A stretch of 62,618 nt of DNA, filler included, from Sphacelaria rigidula (taxonomy: Eukaryota): assembly GCA_964200075.2 (NCBI GenBank). It is 5 parts of 5 records of this genome, joined end to end, with 100 filler letters (N's around TTAATTAATTAA, not from the genome) between each part and the next. Parts side by side here need not be neighbours in the genome. Positions count along the whole stretch, not along the records: positions 50,176 to 62,618 come from CAXNAA020003764.1; 4 more parts are not named here. One strand, 5' to 3'. Both the position numbers and the translations under genes were made by a program. Positions 51,661 through 62,618 of the stretch are shown one piece after another. Numbering within the stretch: position 1 is the stretch's first letter; every line of letters starts with the position of its first letter. Below the pieces are notes generated by a model. The model did no database searches, was not told the origin of the DNA, and was given only the letters and a program-made list of their open reading frames with translations.

Positions 51661-54600
51661 CTGTGAATCGACGTGGCGCAGGCCGGCAAGTGCAGCACGA
51701 GATCAGACAATATCTCCAACAGGTTGGCCTCGCTCAAGAATTCCGACCCTACGCCGCCCGCCGCCGCCGCTGTGCCCGCTGCGTCCGCAGAATTGATGCC
51801 GGAACGCCGCACTACGCCCTCGTGCCGAAGAACCAACTCGGACAACAGGAGGCTCATCACCGTTGTGCTGCGAACAGACAGGTAACCATCGGTTCAGAGA
51901 GTAAAAAAGAAAAAATAGTACTACATAGCACATCGGTGAACTGTTGTCAAATCGGATGATGCAAATCAGAACAGCAGATGTGGTCGAAAACGCATACTTG
52001 ATGAAAGCGGAAACGAAGAACCTCTTCATTTGGAATACTTCTTCATGCATCTGACAGACACGTACACCGCCAAATATACTACTGACTGCATGTGTAATCG
52101 GGATCAACCGATGGGGATTGGAAGGAGACAATACGAGGGAGGAGATAACACCCCGGCACCGCCATTACTTTTCTTGTGCTGTGCTGACATGTGCATCTGA
52201 AACAAATCACGACAGAGAGAGATGTTTGCACTTCAATGCCTGCGTCTATCGGTGTTCGGAGCATCTGAACCAGTTCTACTTTGGACAATCATTTCGCAGC
52301 AATCGAAACACATCGTGACCGATGGCCTTTTGTATACCGGAGTGAATGACCGCAACATTTACTACAAAAGTATACCACACCACGTTCACACACACACAGC
52401 ACAGCACACATTACGGTCGTGTTGCAGAATACCAAAAAAAGGAACAGCGGGTACCTTGCAAAACAATCACACGCATTAGCAGTCGGAGGACTTCGTCGTG
52501 CCCCCGTAAATCGTTTATACAGCAGTCTAGGAAATTCCAGGAACGTTCCAGAACGGCAGACTAGCGCAAAGCAAATCTCATGGTTATCTTCTGCTTCGTC
52601 CCCGAAGTATCCACTGAATAACGTCGACCAATAACGCATGAGTTTTATTCACTTACCGGTTCTGATGAGGTGCTCCGGATGAACCGCTCCCGCCCCCCCC
52701 CCAATTCGAACCAATCGACACCGTTCTTCCGTGGCTCTCCAGGCGCTCGGATCTTGAAGAGCCAGACCCACCTTCCACTCCTGCAGCACCAGCACCAGCG
52801 CCCCCAACCGCCGCCGCCGCGGCACGTTGACTCGTAGGAGTCCTGGACTGGACGGTGGGATGTGCGACTGCTGCGGCAGCGCTGGGTTGACCCTCCGTTG
52901 GATTGGCGGCCTGATGCACCACACCAGTCGATTTATCCTGGTTGGAGTCACGAATGAAAAGTTGAGAGATGCCGGGAGGGGTGTGAGGGCGGGAGTCAAG
53001 CAGACATCCACACCTCGCCATCACTGTGTATGTGCAAAGTGAGCATACAGCAAAAGTACATGACAACACTTGGTTTACTGAATAACACGACAGCATAGTC
53101 GTGTGGAAACGGGTGTGACTAACGTCACAAGCTACACAGCATGTCCTACTTTTTTCAATGCATATGGACGGGCTATTTTTACCAAGTCAAACGACGGGAC
53201 TGGGAAGGGGACAGGGGGTTGACTGAGCGTCCACCTTTCACGGTGTTATCCTTTTTTTTATTAATATAGAGACGATTTTCTGAAGAAATAATTTCCGATG
53301 CGGGGTTTGCATTTGACATTTGACACGGTCACCCTTCGTGGGGTGAAATATGCTGAGCATAGAGGAGCACACGCCCTCGGAATAGAGGTATCCACATCAG
53401 CACGGAAAGCTGGCGATACAGACGACATCCAGGGTTGGGGCGCCGGGATGGAAAAGGACTCATGTCACTGCAGAGGGAGGAAGTGCTCAACACACGAATG
53501 TTAAGTTTCTAGATAAATGCAAGACAAAGCTGGCACTGCATGCTTGGAGCCGGCGGCACCGTGCTGACTACAACGCGAACCATACCTCAGCAGTTGGAAT
53601 ACCCGCGATATATCCATGAAAATTGGAAATAAATCTCTGTCGCACTCTGAGATCAAGTGAAACGGCTAAAAGGGTCGACAAAGTGCACGTTGGAGGAAAA
53701 AGCTCAAGATATTCACGTTCGAGCAACGTCCACAAAAACCGCAGATGATTTTGAGAAAAGAAGACAAGAACAACCGCCTCTGTGGTGGTCAGTCTGTCGT
53801 TATGTTTGAAAGGGGACGTTGCCCCTTCCCCGGACAGCTTCGCAGTGGCTCTTGGCAAAAGACACTCTTATCTTCGACTCGGCTGTATGACCATTTCTTG
53901 CGCGAGACAGCGTATAAAACTGGACGGAAACTCAAAAATAAGACGAAGCCTGGATGGCGCTTGTTACGACTATGGTGGCAAGATCTGCCGCTGCCTCCGA
54001 CCCGGTATTGTTTTGTACGCTCTATAACCGACGTTAAACAACGGAAGATGATCCTAAATAGTTCCAGCATCTTGCAAAATTATCATTTCAAGCCAAGCAG
54101 CGCACAAAAACGCACTGGGTCGACGATACCGGTGCATCAACACCTGCTCACGACCTCCACCTACACACGCGTCAAGTTTCACTGTCGTCAGACTCTCCAG
54201 GTGCGCTGTGTTTGGACGCCCAATCTTCCAAAATACAGTTTCCCTCTCAAGACGAAGTGACACTGCAATATCTTGCAAAACAAAACCTATATTCCCATGT
54301 CTACGGAAGCACACCTTGTCTCCCGCCGCCTGCGCCGTGCCATGCTTGTTGGCTGTCGCAAGCGCAACGAACACATTCCCACCGTTATCTCCTGTCGCGG
54401 CGCCACCAGGGTTCTCGACCCTCCGCAAAACGTTCGCCGCCGCCTGAACGAGCAAGCGCCCGTCCCGCACCAACAGCGGTCGCAGCACGCTCATGAGGGT
54501 GATGAGCCGCACGGCGGGCGGGTTATCTCTGTTCCCGTTCACTCCGGCGCTAGCACCGCCTTGTTGGTTCCCAGCAGGTCGGGAAATGCGCGTGAACGCA

Positions 54601-57600
54601 GCACGGATTTCGGTTTCCATTGCTGCCTGCAGCGTGACGGGGTCTTCCAGTAGATGCCTTTTTCAGACGGGGGAGGGGAGGGGAGGGGGTGGGGGTAATC
54701 ATGATTTTACATGCCGTAGTCAAATGACCATTGATCTCGCTTCCGTAGAAAGCCTGGACGGAGCACGCCGGGTTCTCGCCGGACCAGGCTTGTAATCAAT
54801 CACCAAGCCGAAAGCGCCGTGATTTGTTCGGCGAGTCGCACGGAGGGTGAGCTGCATCCTACTAAGATTGTTCGGCCCGAAGTGTACGGATTATCTCGCA
54901 TACAGATGTCAGTTAGCAATGATCTGATTAATTTTCTGGTATGGCCACTTCCAGAGACAGCCACGGCTTGCACACCGCTCCATGGGTCTCACTATTGAAA
55001 CACCACGTAGTATGATCATCCCCTTTGCGCGGAATTGAGGTTCTCGCGCTTCGCACAGTACTAATTAGCTCCACCATCATCATGGTTACCGCGAAAAAAA
55101 AAGCAAGCGCAAAAAGGAAGCATACCCTGGTTGCCTAGCTTACGCAGGAGGTGGCGTGTTTACAAGGTCGTTGCCAACCGACGCCAACCTCAATGAGAAA
55201 TTCAGGCGAGGGATTATCATGCATTGGAAAACAATGGTTGTCACATTAAATGGGTCTTGAGGGAAAGGCAGGTCGAATATGAAACCCATTGTACAGGATC
55301 CACCACAATCATACAGACATCGAATGCGGCATTTCATCAACTGCGGAAAGAAACTCGAGTCAAACTCAGACCTAAATCAACCCCCCCCCCCCCCCCCCCC
55401 AACTTCCACCCGCTCGACACTTCGCAACAAGAACTCCTCCAACGTTTACCTGAACACTACTGCAAGCAGCGCCGTGCTGCCCTCGAACGCCGACGCTCCG
55501 GGCAGCGCGAGCAACGCCGACGCTCCGCCGGCGGTGATGAATCGATTCGCACGGCCGTAGTCCCGCACAAGGCGCACCAGCAACTGCAGCGCCGCCAGTA
55601 CCAGATTCGGCGACGGAGCCGGCAACGCGGGTCCGGCCGCCGCCGCCGCCTCCGCCGCTGCCGCTGCTGCTGCCGCCGCTGCCGCCGACCTCCCATTCCT
55701 ACCTTCTGCTTCTCCGAATGTCGCTGCTTCCGCGACGGCTGCGGCCGCGTCGGGAGAGAAGTGAGGAGGTACAGCGACACCCGCGAAGAAGTCGATGAAG
55801 CTCTCCAGCATGTCGGACGTGAGTTCCGGCGATAAAAGCACGTGTAGCTCGGGAGGGGGTGGTATGACGGGCACGCTAGCGGTGCCGGGGGGGTTGGTGC
55901 TCGACGAAGAAGAATCCGTGTTGTTGTCACCCGCAGTGGCCGTCGCGCCCTTGGAGCCTCCTTCCGTGAGCTTTGTGTGAAGGTGTATGTGTGTGCGCGA
56001 GCGTGTGTTTCAGTCGACGTTGAGATGTTTGAAATAACAGGGAAAAAAAAGGTTGATGCGGTGATAAAACGTACACTTTGTGCAAGTTAACCCTCGGGAA
56101 CTCAGTGACAATTTTAGTTTGTGTGAATCGGCATTATTTTGACTTGAAAAATGAATCAAAATGACGCCGATTTACACAAACTAAAATCGTCACCGGGTTC
56201 GCAGAAAGAAAAACTCAGGCTCTACTGAAAGCCTTGTTAATAAGGACAAGAAAATAATACCTCTCGTGACGTCGAGGGATTTTTTCAACAGAGCGATCGA
56301 TACAAACGGCTGTCCATCTTGTGCCGGGATTCATTGACGGATTTGATTTGATCGACTCTTGAGCATCAGCTGATCCGCCAAAATTGAGCCATGGTCACAA
56401 GCTATTACAGGGACGCAGAATGCCTTTACACACTCACGCGCACGACCGTCGCCACTCGGGACAAGAGACGCCAAGGCAACAACAAAATGGCCCCGTACAC
56501 GGTAAAACACGCAGCAGAATGAAAGCGACACGCCACAAGGACCGTACTGTTATGCGCTCACAACGGAATGCTCAGGGTTTCCGAAGCAAACGAGGCGCCT
56601 CTCTCAATCTCACCCATTCGGCAGAGGTCTTGGACTCCGCAAAAGAGAGTGAGGCTTCGCCCCGCTGGGCTCCTGCCTCATCGGCAGCAGCAGCTTCTCC
56701 GGACCGCCCACCCTGCGCACAGGTGACAACCAGGAGCGACAACGGGATAAACGACGTAAAAAAACGTTCATGAGCTTTATTCTGGACACAGGTTATGGGA
56801 ATGGGAACGGGGGGAAGAGGGGAGGAGGGGGGACCAGTACTTCATGTTCACAATTTTTGTTCTGTTGTTCTTCTGTCCCGCTGTTCCGGGGGAAAACAAA
56901 TCAAACACCAGTATCAGCAATTTAGCGTGTCTTCATCAACCCCTTTCCCCACGACATGACTTGAAACACGAACCTCGAAAGGTAGGACATACTCGCTAGC
57001 ACGACAATGCAGGTGCAAGTCAAGCCAAGCGGAGTCACAGTTGACTCACCCACAATATAATCGAGATAAATGGGTCAGTCTTCTTCGGAACAATAGACCA
57101 ACAGACCAACGTGATTCAAGACACTCGAGAGCGCGCCAACCAAAATCGTAATACCTCGACATTACTTACAGCACTCTCCTTCGACTCCGCCGCAACAGGT
57201 GTACCGCCGCCGAGTTGTCCGCCCGGTTCCCCTCCAGAATATGTCATCTTCTGGTCGATAACCGGTGATTTCGTCAAGAGAACATAGTTCGGTGTGAACA
57301 CAGCGTACGTCCCCGTTGCACCACGGGGAAGAGGGGCGGCGCGTGGGCGGGGGAATAGGTGGGCGTGCGTATGTCTGTGTTATACTCCAGTGTACAGGCG
57401 CGCGTATGCAGAAGTCACAAGCACAGACAACTCAACAGCCCAAGGCGAAACCTCGCAACTCTCTTCTACATATGAGGTTCCGTGTGCTTGAGGGGTCCAT
57501 CCCTCTCCAATTTTGGAGGTATCCGAAAACAACCTACTAATGAGGATCCAAAGGCGAGGACGGAAGGGGGAGGGGGGTACTCAATTGTTGCTTGCCGTAG

Positions 57601-58846
57601 TCGTTTGACCATAGACCACGCATCTCTTTCGAGACGGAGCGTGCGGGGGATCGATCACGACATACCCTACACAAAAACGTTTAGCTCAAGTGTCAATACT
57701 GAACCGTAGCATGTTTTAATATACCTCGAAATACAGTGTAATAGTAGTCCCCCCTCCCTTTCCATTCGGAAAAGAGTGAACTCACGCCAACGGTGATGAC
57801 AGGAACATGACAAAAGCAGATAAAAATCAATGCCCTTACAGCTCACCACGTGCCCTGTCGATCGACCTGTCCCAGCCTCCTTGGACTCCGCCCTGGTTGG
57901 CGGCCCACCCTCCGTCGGGCTCGTGGAAGATGATGACATAGTCTCAGTGGGTTTGGCCCCGCCAGAGTCCACCGCGGTACTAGTGGCAGGAGAAGATCCT
58001 AGCGGACGAAGCCAGAGGTGAGATAATACTGTGAGGTATGGACACCAGCGCAACTGTGAAAGCAAGGCCATTTTTTTGGCCGCTTTGCTCAGCTTTGCGA
58101 CGATAAGCATGGAAAGTAAAGGACAAGCAATACCAGCGTGCGCAGTATGCACGCGAACCCAAACCTTGGCGGGGTGTTGATGCGACAAATGTAACGGTGA
58201 GACAAGGTGAGGACGTGAGTAGCAACTCAAATTTAGTCCACAGTCCACGGGGTGAAGATGTTCGATTCCATGCTCCATATTAGACAATCCGACACTTACA
58301 GAGAGATAAATGGACTGATGACTTGAGACCAAGAGCTCTCCTCGATATGTGTTGGGGGGTCAAGTATAGCGAAGGCAGACATCAGATTGTGTCGCGAAAA
58401 CAGGAATTGACACAAGCCGCTCGTCACTGGTAACAACCTTCCCGCATTACACTCATCTTCGGAGCAACTACGCTAGATACTTATAACAATCACGCTATTC
58501 GAAGTGTACGCCACCAAGGCCAACAACACAAACAAGTGACGAATTCCACCGATAATACACACAAAAATAGAAGAGCGGAGGGAAAAGAAGTATTCAGCGG
58601 AGTCACTCGTCAAGCGCCAGATGTCGCAAGAGCCAGGCGCCGTTTCATGCGATGCGGGGTCAAAGTGTAGCATGGGGACGGCGGAGCAGGGTCCCGCATC
58701 GCCGGCTCTTTACGGGGTAGGCAAGGTCAAGTCTAGGACATCCTAGATAATAGGATTATCAATGAAGGTACTGGAAAGGCGAGCTTAAGTCTGTGACCAT
58801 GAGTTCGAGAGATCGGGCTAATGTGAGCAAGTATTACTACCATTAT

Positions 58847-58878
<32 letters not shown>

Positions 58879-61315
58879 CGCTTGTCGGCGACGAGGAAAC
58901 AAGTTGCCAATGTAACAATCATTATTTGGTCAGGTGAAGCACCGCCAGCGCCCTCTCCTCCCTCCTCCCCAACAACGCCGACCGTACCTGCCCCGGTACG
59001 AGCACTAGCAGTAGCACCAACGGCAGCAGAAGAAGAGGACCCGCCGCCGTCGCTGCGCAACCCGCCGGCCGCCTCCCCGGGCCTGGTCTCCTCCATTCGG
59101 CGGCCGCCTCGCCGCCGACCGCCGTCGCCGCCACGGCCGATGGACGGACCCCAGGGGGGCGTTGCTGGAGACGATGCCTGCGACGACGGGAGAGGGAGAG
59201 GAACAAGCTCCATTGAGGCCGATACGGTGTCGTGAATGCCTCCCGATCCTCGAGACGCGGCGGTCGGTGCCGGTGCCGCTCCTGCAGCCGCCCCAGCCGG
59301 GCCCCCTTGCGGCTGCTCGGCCTGATGCTGCTGCTGCTGCTGCTGCTGCAGTTCCGTCCCCTGGGCGACATTTGACGGCTTGGCCAGAAGGTCAAGGAGG
59401 AGTAAGCAAGGGGTCATGTATTCCGGCCACTCCACCGTCGCCGCCGCCGCCGCCGATGCTGCAGACCCCACCTCATTGCTGCTTCTTGCCCCCGGCGGAG
59501 CGGCGGCCGCCTCTGCCGCGGAGCGGCTCTCTCGTTGCGCTCTGCGCAGCGTGGCGATAGTGGTCTTGAACAGTTGCGCGAGCTGAACCAATATTATTGT
59601 GGGGGAGAGAAGGTGGAGGAGGGAACACGAGTCGGTAGGGGAGGCTTCAGAGAGCAGCGGACATCGTCCCTCGTGCACACGAAGGGATGGGGGTTGGACA
59701 GCGAGAAGTAAATAGAGGAGGAAGCCTGGACAAGAACAAGTCTCTATGAAGCGCACACGAATCGCATTGCCCTCCTAAACCAAAACACACCGCTCCATTC
59801 ATTGCTGTTCATCAGCTGAGCATGCTGTGCGTGATCTTGCTCAAATCGGTTCAGAATTCAGTGAGAAAGGATCGTTTGTGTGAGACGCGCGCATAGCACA
59901 CGCTCAACGACAGTTGGCAACAGCACGTTTTCGGTTGCCATGTGACACACACGCCGACGCCTCTCATCCAATACTGGACAGATTTCCGTCAAACAAAGGC
60001 TTCCGCGTGAGTGGTGGGCGTCTATGCGTCAGTTTTCGTGGCTCGGTGTGTTGGCGCTATGTTATCTCGTTGCGTCTTGTCTGCAGAAGTACATAGATAT
60101 TGGACTGACGGCCACTTCCAGAACCGCCGCATTTTTCACCTGTGTGCAAATCTCGGCTTCGATGTGGACAAAACTGCTTGTCGATGAGACGCGGCACTGA
60201 TCATTGTGGGGGCAATCACTTCTCCGAAAGAGATTTTTTTTAAAGTGATTATCACTTCCGATAATATCTCGCCTTACACATACCATGTACAGTAGTACAC
60301 CTTAAAACCTCTTCTTTCCTCAATCGGGATATTTCGCAGACATTTCTTCAACTTCGATCGAAACTTGAGAGTCCGGAGACGTTGGGAAAAGAGGCAGGTT
60401 GTCGGAGCAGCATAGAGTACAACCCCGTGTATCGAGTGGTGTATATGAAAGTAAGATTTTTCCCATTTGACGCAATGACTGTCAAGGGAATCCAACAACT
60501 GAACCAAGAAATAGTTCATTATAACGATCCCACTCGGTTCGGTCGAGCGAAAATATAAGAGAGCGAGACCGAGGGACGCTACACCCTACACCTACAGGAC
60601 CCGTGACGACCGGTGAGCCCGTGACTCGTTCAATTTTTTCTTGAAAAAAAAAATGTTGTTTGAAATTTACGTCGAGTACTCATGTGTCTCGATTTTCAAA
60701 GTTCGGGGTAAAAGAGAAACCGTGATGAGTCATGGTAGCCACAAAGCCCGGAGAAATCGCCCTCAACAGAAAAAAAAAATCTACCCTGTGTGCGTGTGCG
60801 TTGTCGTCCCATTCTGCACGCCGGTCAACAACTTTCAGTGTTGGTGGGCGCACCACCCGGGGTCACACAGGAGGAGGACCAACACAGGAGCTCCTTTTTT
60901 TTTTAGTTCTCCACGTTCCTTTTGCGGTGCTTGCCTTCTTTTTTATCGCGAGAGGGGTGCAGCAATTCCTTTCCCTCGTCGACCATCACGTCGAATTTTG
61001 TGTACTCACGACATAGTCGCTCTCCGCTGCTGGGCATTGTGGGAGAAAAAATCACAGATCGCTCCGAGATTCGAACCCACGACCCAACCGTCAGAAGGTT
61101 TCGAGGTTACCAACTGAGCCACCGGGGTGACCGGCCGGCCTATTGGACCCGAACTACGGTAGATTTCCCGGGGACGGTGTATACGGCTTACATCCAGGTT
61201 GTGAGACACCGTACCTTGAGATGGAACCCCGTTGCCACCAACGTCGCTCGTTGAGTCTCCGTGACCCCCGTGGCCAGCAGGAGAAGAACGTGTAACACCC
61301 CGGCGAGACCGGGAG
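51661..61315 (-). CDS. HUWE1/Tom1/UPL1-like HECT E3 ligase, central region; exons 61215-61315, 58988-59582, 57847-57998, 57170-57250, 56614-56712, 55450-55970, 54315-54657, 52657-52937, 51661-51867
   Basis: Nine AG/GT-bounded exons with consistent phases. Motifs WPEYMTPCLLLLDLLAK, LAALQLLVRLVRD...F, FR|HLLEDPVTLQAAMETEIR and LLEILSDLV resemble HUWE1/UPL1. The HECT domain itself is not on this contig. Confidence 0.78.
56098..56200. repeat. Intronic ~105-bp hairpin, MITE-like
   Basis: gtgacaattttagtttgtgtgaatcggc vs gccgatttacacaaactaaaatcgtcac; preceded by TTAACCCT. Confidence 0.75.
58846..58877. repeat. (CTA)n microsatellite
   Basis: About 10 tandem trinucleotides. Confidence 0.9.
60784..61136 (-). 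mobile_element. tRNA-derived SINE, full length, intronic
   Basis: A box TGGCTCAGTTGG, B box GGTTCGAATC; body homologous to 27182-27551. Confidence 0.88.
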
Positions 61316-62576
61316 CTGCAAGAGATGCTACTGAGCGCGCGAGCAAACAAACAATACGGGCAGCAGGTGAATGGACAGCTGAAACATTTATGTTGTAAAA
61401 CATCGTGCCATGCACCCTTCAACCACGGGTCTGAGAAATCGGCTGCTCGTAAACGTTTCCGAGAATATCGGCGTACCGAACCAGGATAAAACATCATACC
61501 GTGTTCGTAAATGGTACCGACATCGCAGGTTTGCCGTTTCTGACCATGTGCAAAATAATATATAAGTCCTTATCCATAAGCTCTCCAAGTACTATCGGGC
61601 TTGCACCTTTGCCGGGTGACAAGGGTGACCAACCCCGGGATTTTCGCCGAGGCCTGTATGTCGCGATAATACCAACACATCTCACCACACACAGTTATAT
61701 CGATGTGTCACGAAGACGACAAGGGTGGTCAAGACGCGTCCCTTGTATCTCTCGTCCCCCACGGCGAGACTACGGTTGCTGCAGAACTAAATACGCGTCG
61801 ACTTCCCATGATGAGTGGCCGCTGTAGCCGTCCGATTACCAAAGCAGTCACCGAGCTAGCAAAGCATGCGTTCATCTCGTGATATGTGGACAAGGCTCGA
61901 GGACAGCCGGGTGAGAAATACTCGATGCCCTGCCTCAAACGGGAACCGTGGTTCCTGAGTTTTGTATTCGTGAACTATACATTTTTTTCTAACGTCTCAC
62001 CATGTGACCAAGGCTGGATCCCTGGGGGGGGTGGGAGGGGGGTCAAATAAAGTGCGACAATCAATCAATCAATATTCAACCAGTAATCAGTTGGACACCA
62101 TGCATCGCCCCACTGAGGGAAGTCCAACCCATTTTTCCTGCGCATTGAACATAAATCCAATTGGAAACTGAAAAACGTGAAGAAGACGTCGAATTTAGGC
62201 ATACATCACTACAGACATGACATTCTTCCCTGCCCGGTCGGATTATCGTTTACAAGCAGTTATCAAAATCTCGAACCAAAGCGAATTTGGCAAATGAGCG
62301 AGACTCGTCTCGGTGACGTGATGCGTGATGTCGGAAACAAGTCGTATGATGGCGATTTTCCACGTGTTGGGAGGCCAAAACCGTTGCAAAGTGCCAAAAA
62401 CTTCAACAGGTAAACAAACACATGACGCCTCCGTAAAACACGGTCGTACATCGATGTATCACCGTCCTCTATAATTTGTTATCTGCACTTCGAATATTGA
62501 ATCCCTTCAAAACCTCGAAGGTCCATCTGCCCCACCCCCTTCCCCCTCTGATTTCCCTTATTCAAATTATGACCCC

Positions 62577-62618
<42 letters not shown>

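Noticed and set aside
46489..51867. Joining contig-4 exons to the HUWE1-like gene
   Set aside because: Separated by an artificial spacer between unlinked contigs.
61050..61136. tRNA gene (also 27182-27260)
   Set aside because: A/B boxes are present but no clean cloverleaf is evident, and it continues into a shared ~290-bp SINE body.
62574..62618. Terminal poly-C tract (and poly-G at 37680 and 50214) as G-quadruplex elements
   Set aside because: They lie at or near contig ends, where homopolymer length is unreliable.

Overview
Eukaryotic nuclear DNA, intron-rich and repeat-dense. It is most consistent with a brown alga or related stramenopile (inference from exon/intron architecture and TE types). 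The window is not one locus. Four identical 100-bp spacers (44 N + TTAATTAATTAA + 44 N) separate five pieces of 12444, 12444, 12444, 12443 and 12443 bp, i.e. size-sorted unplaced contigs, so nothing should be linked across gaps. Contig 1 has a MULE transposase remnant, a hAT-type non-autonomous element, MITEs and a frameshifted PWWP-like fragment. Contig 2 has a CACTA-like non-autonomous element and the six 3' exons of an AMP-dependent acyl-CoA synthetase (minus strand), including a probable GC-AG intron and a triplicated splice donor. Contig 3 has a tRNA-derived SINE, one GDSL lipase exon, and a decayed LINE interrupted by an internally deleted chromodomain Ty3/gypsy element. Contig 4 has TA-flanked MITEs, a 1.3-kb TIR element with 41-bp palindromic arrays, a tiny piggyBac-type MITE and a tentative 4-exon unknown gene. 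Contig 5 has nine phase-consistent exons of a HUWE1/Tom1/UPL1-like E3 ligase. I found no convincing novel biological system; the best leads are TE-structure and splicing oddities.
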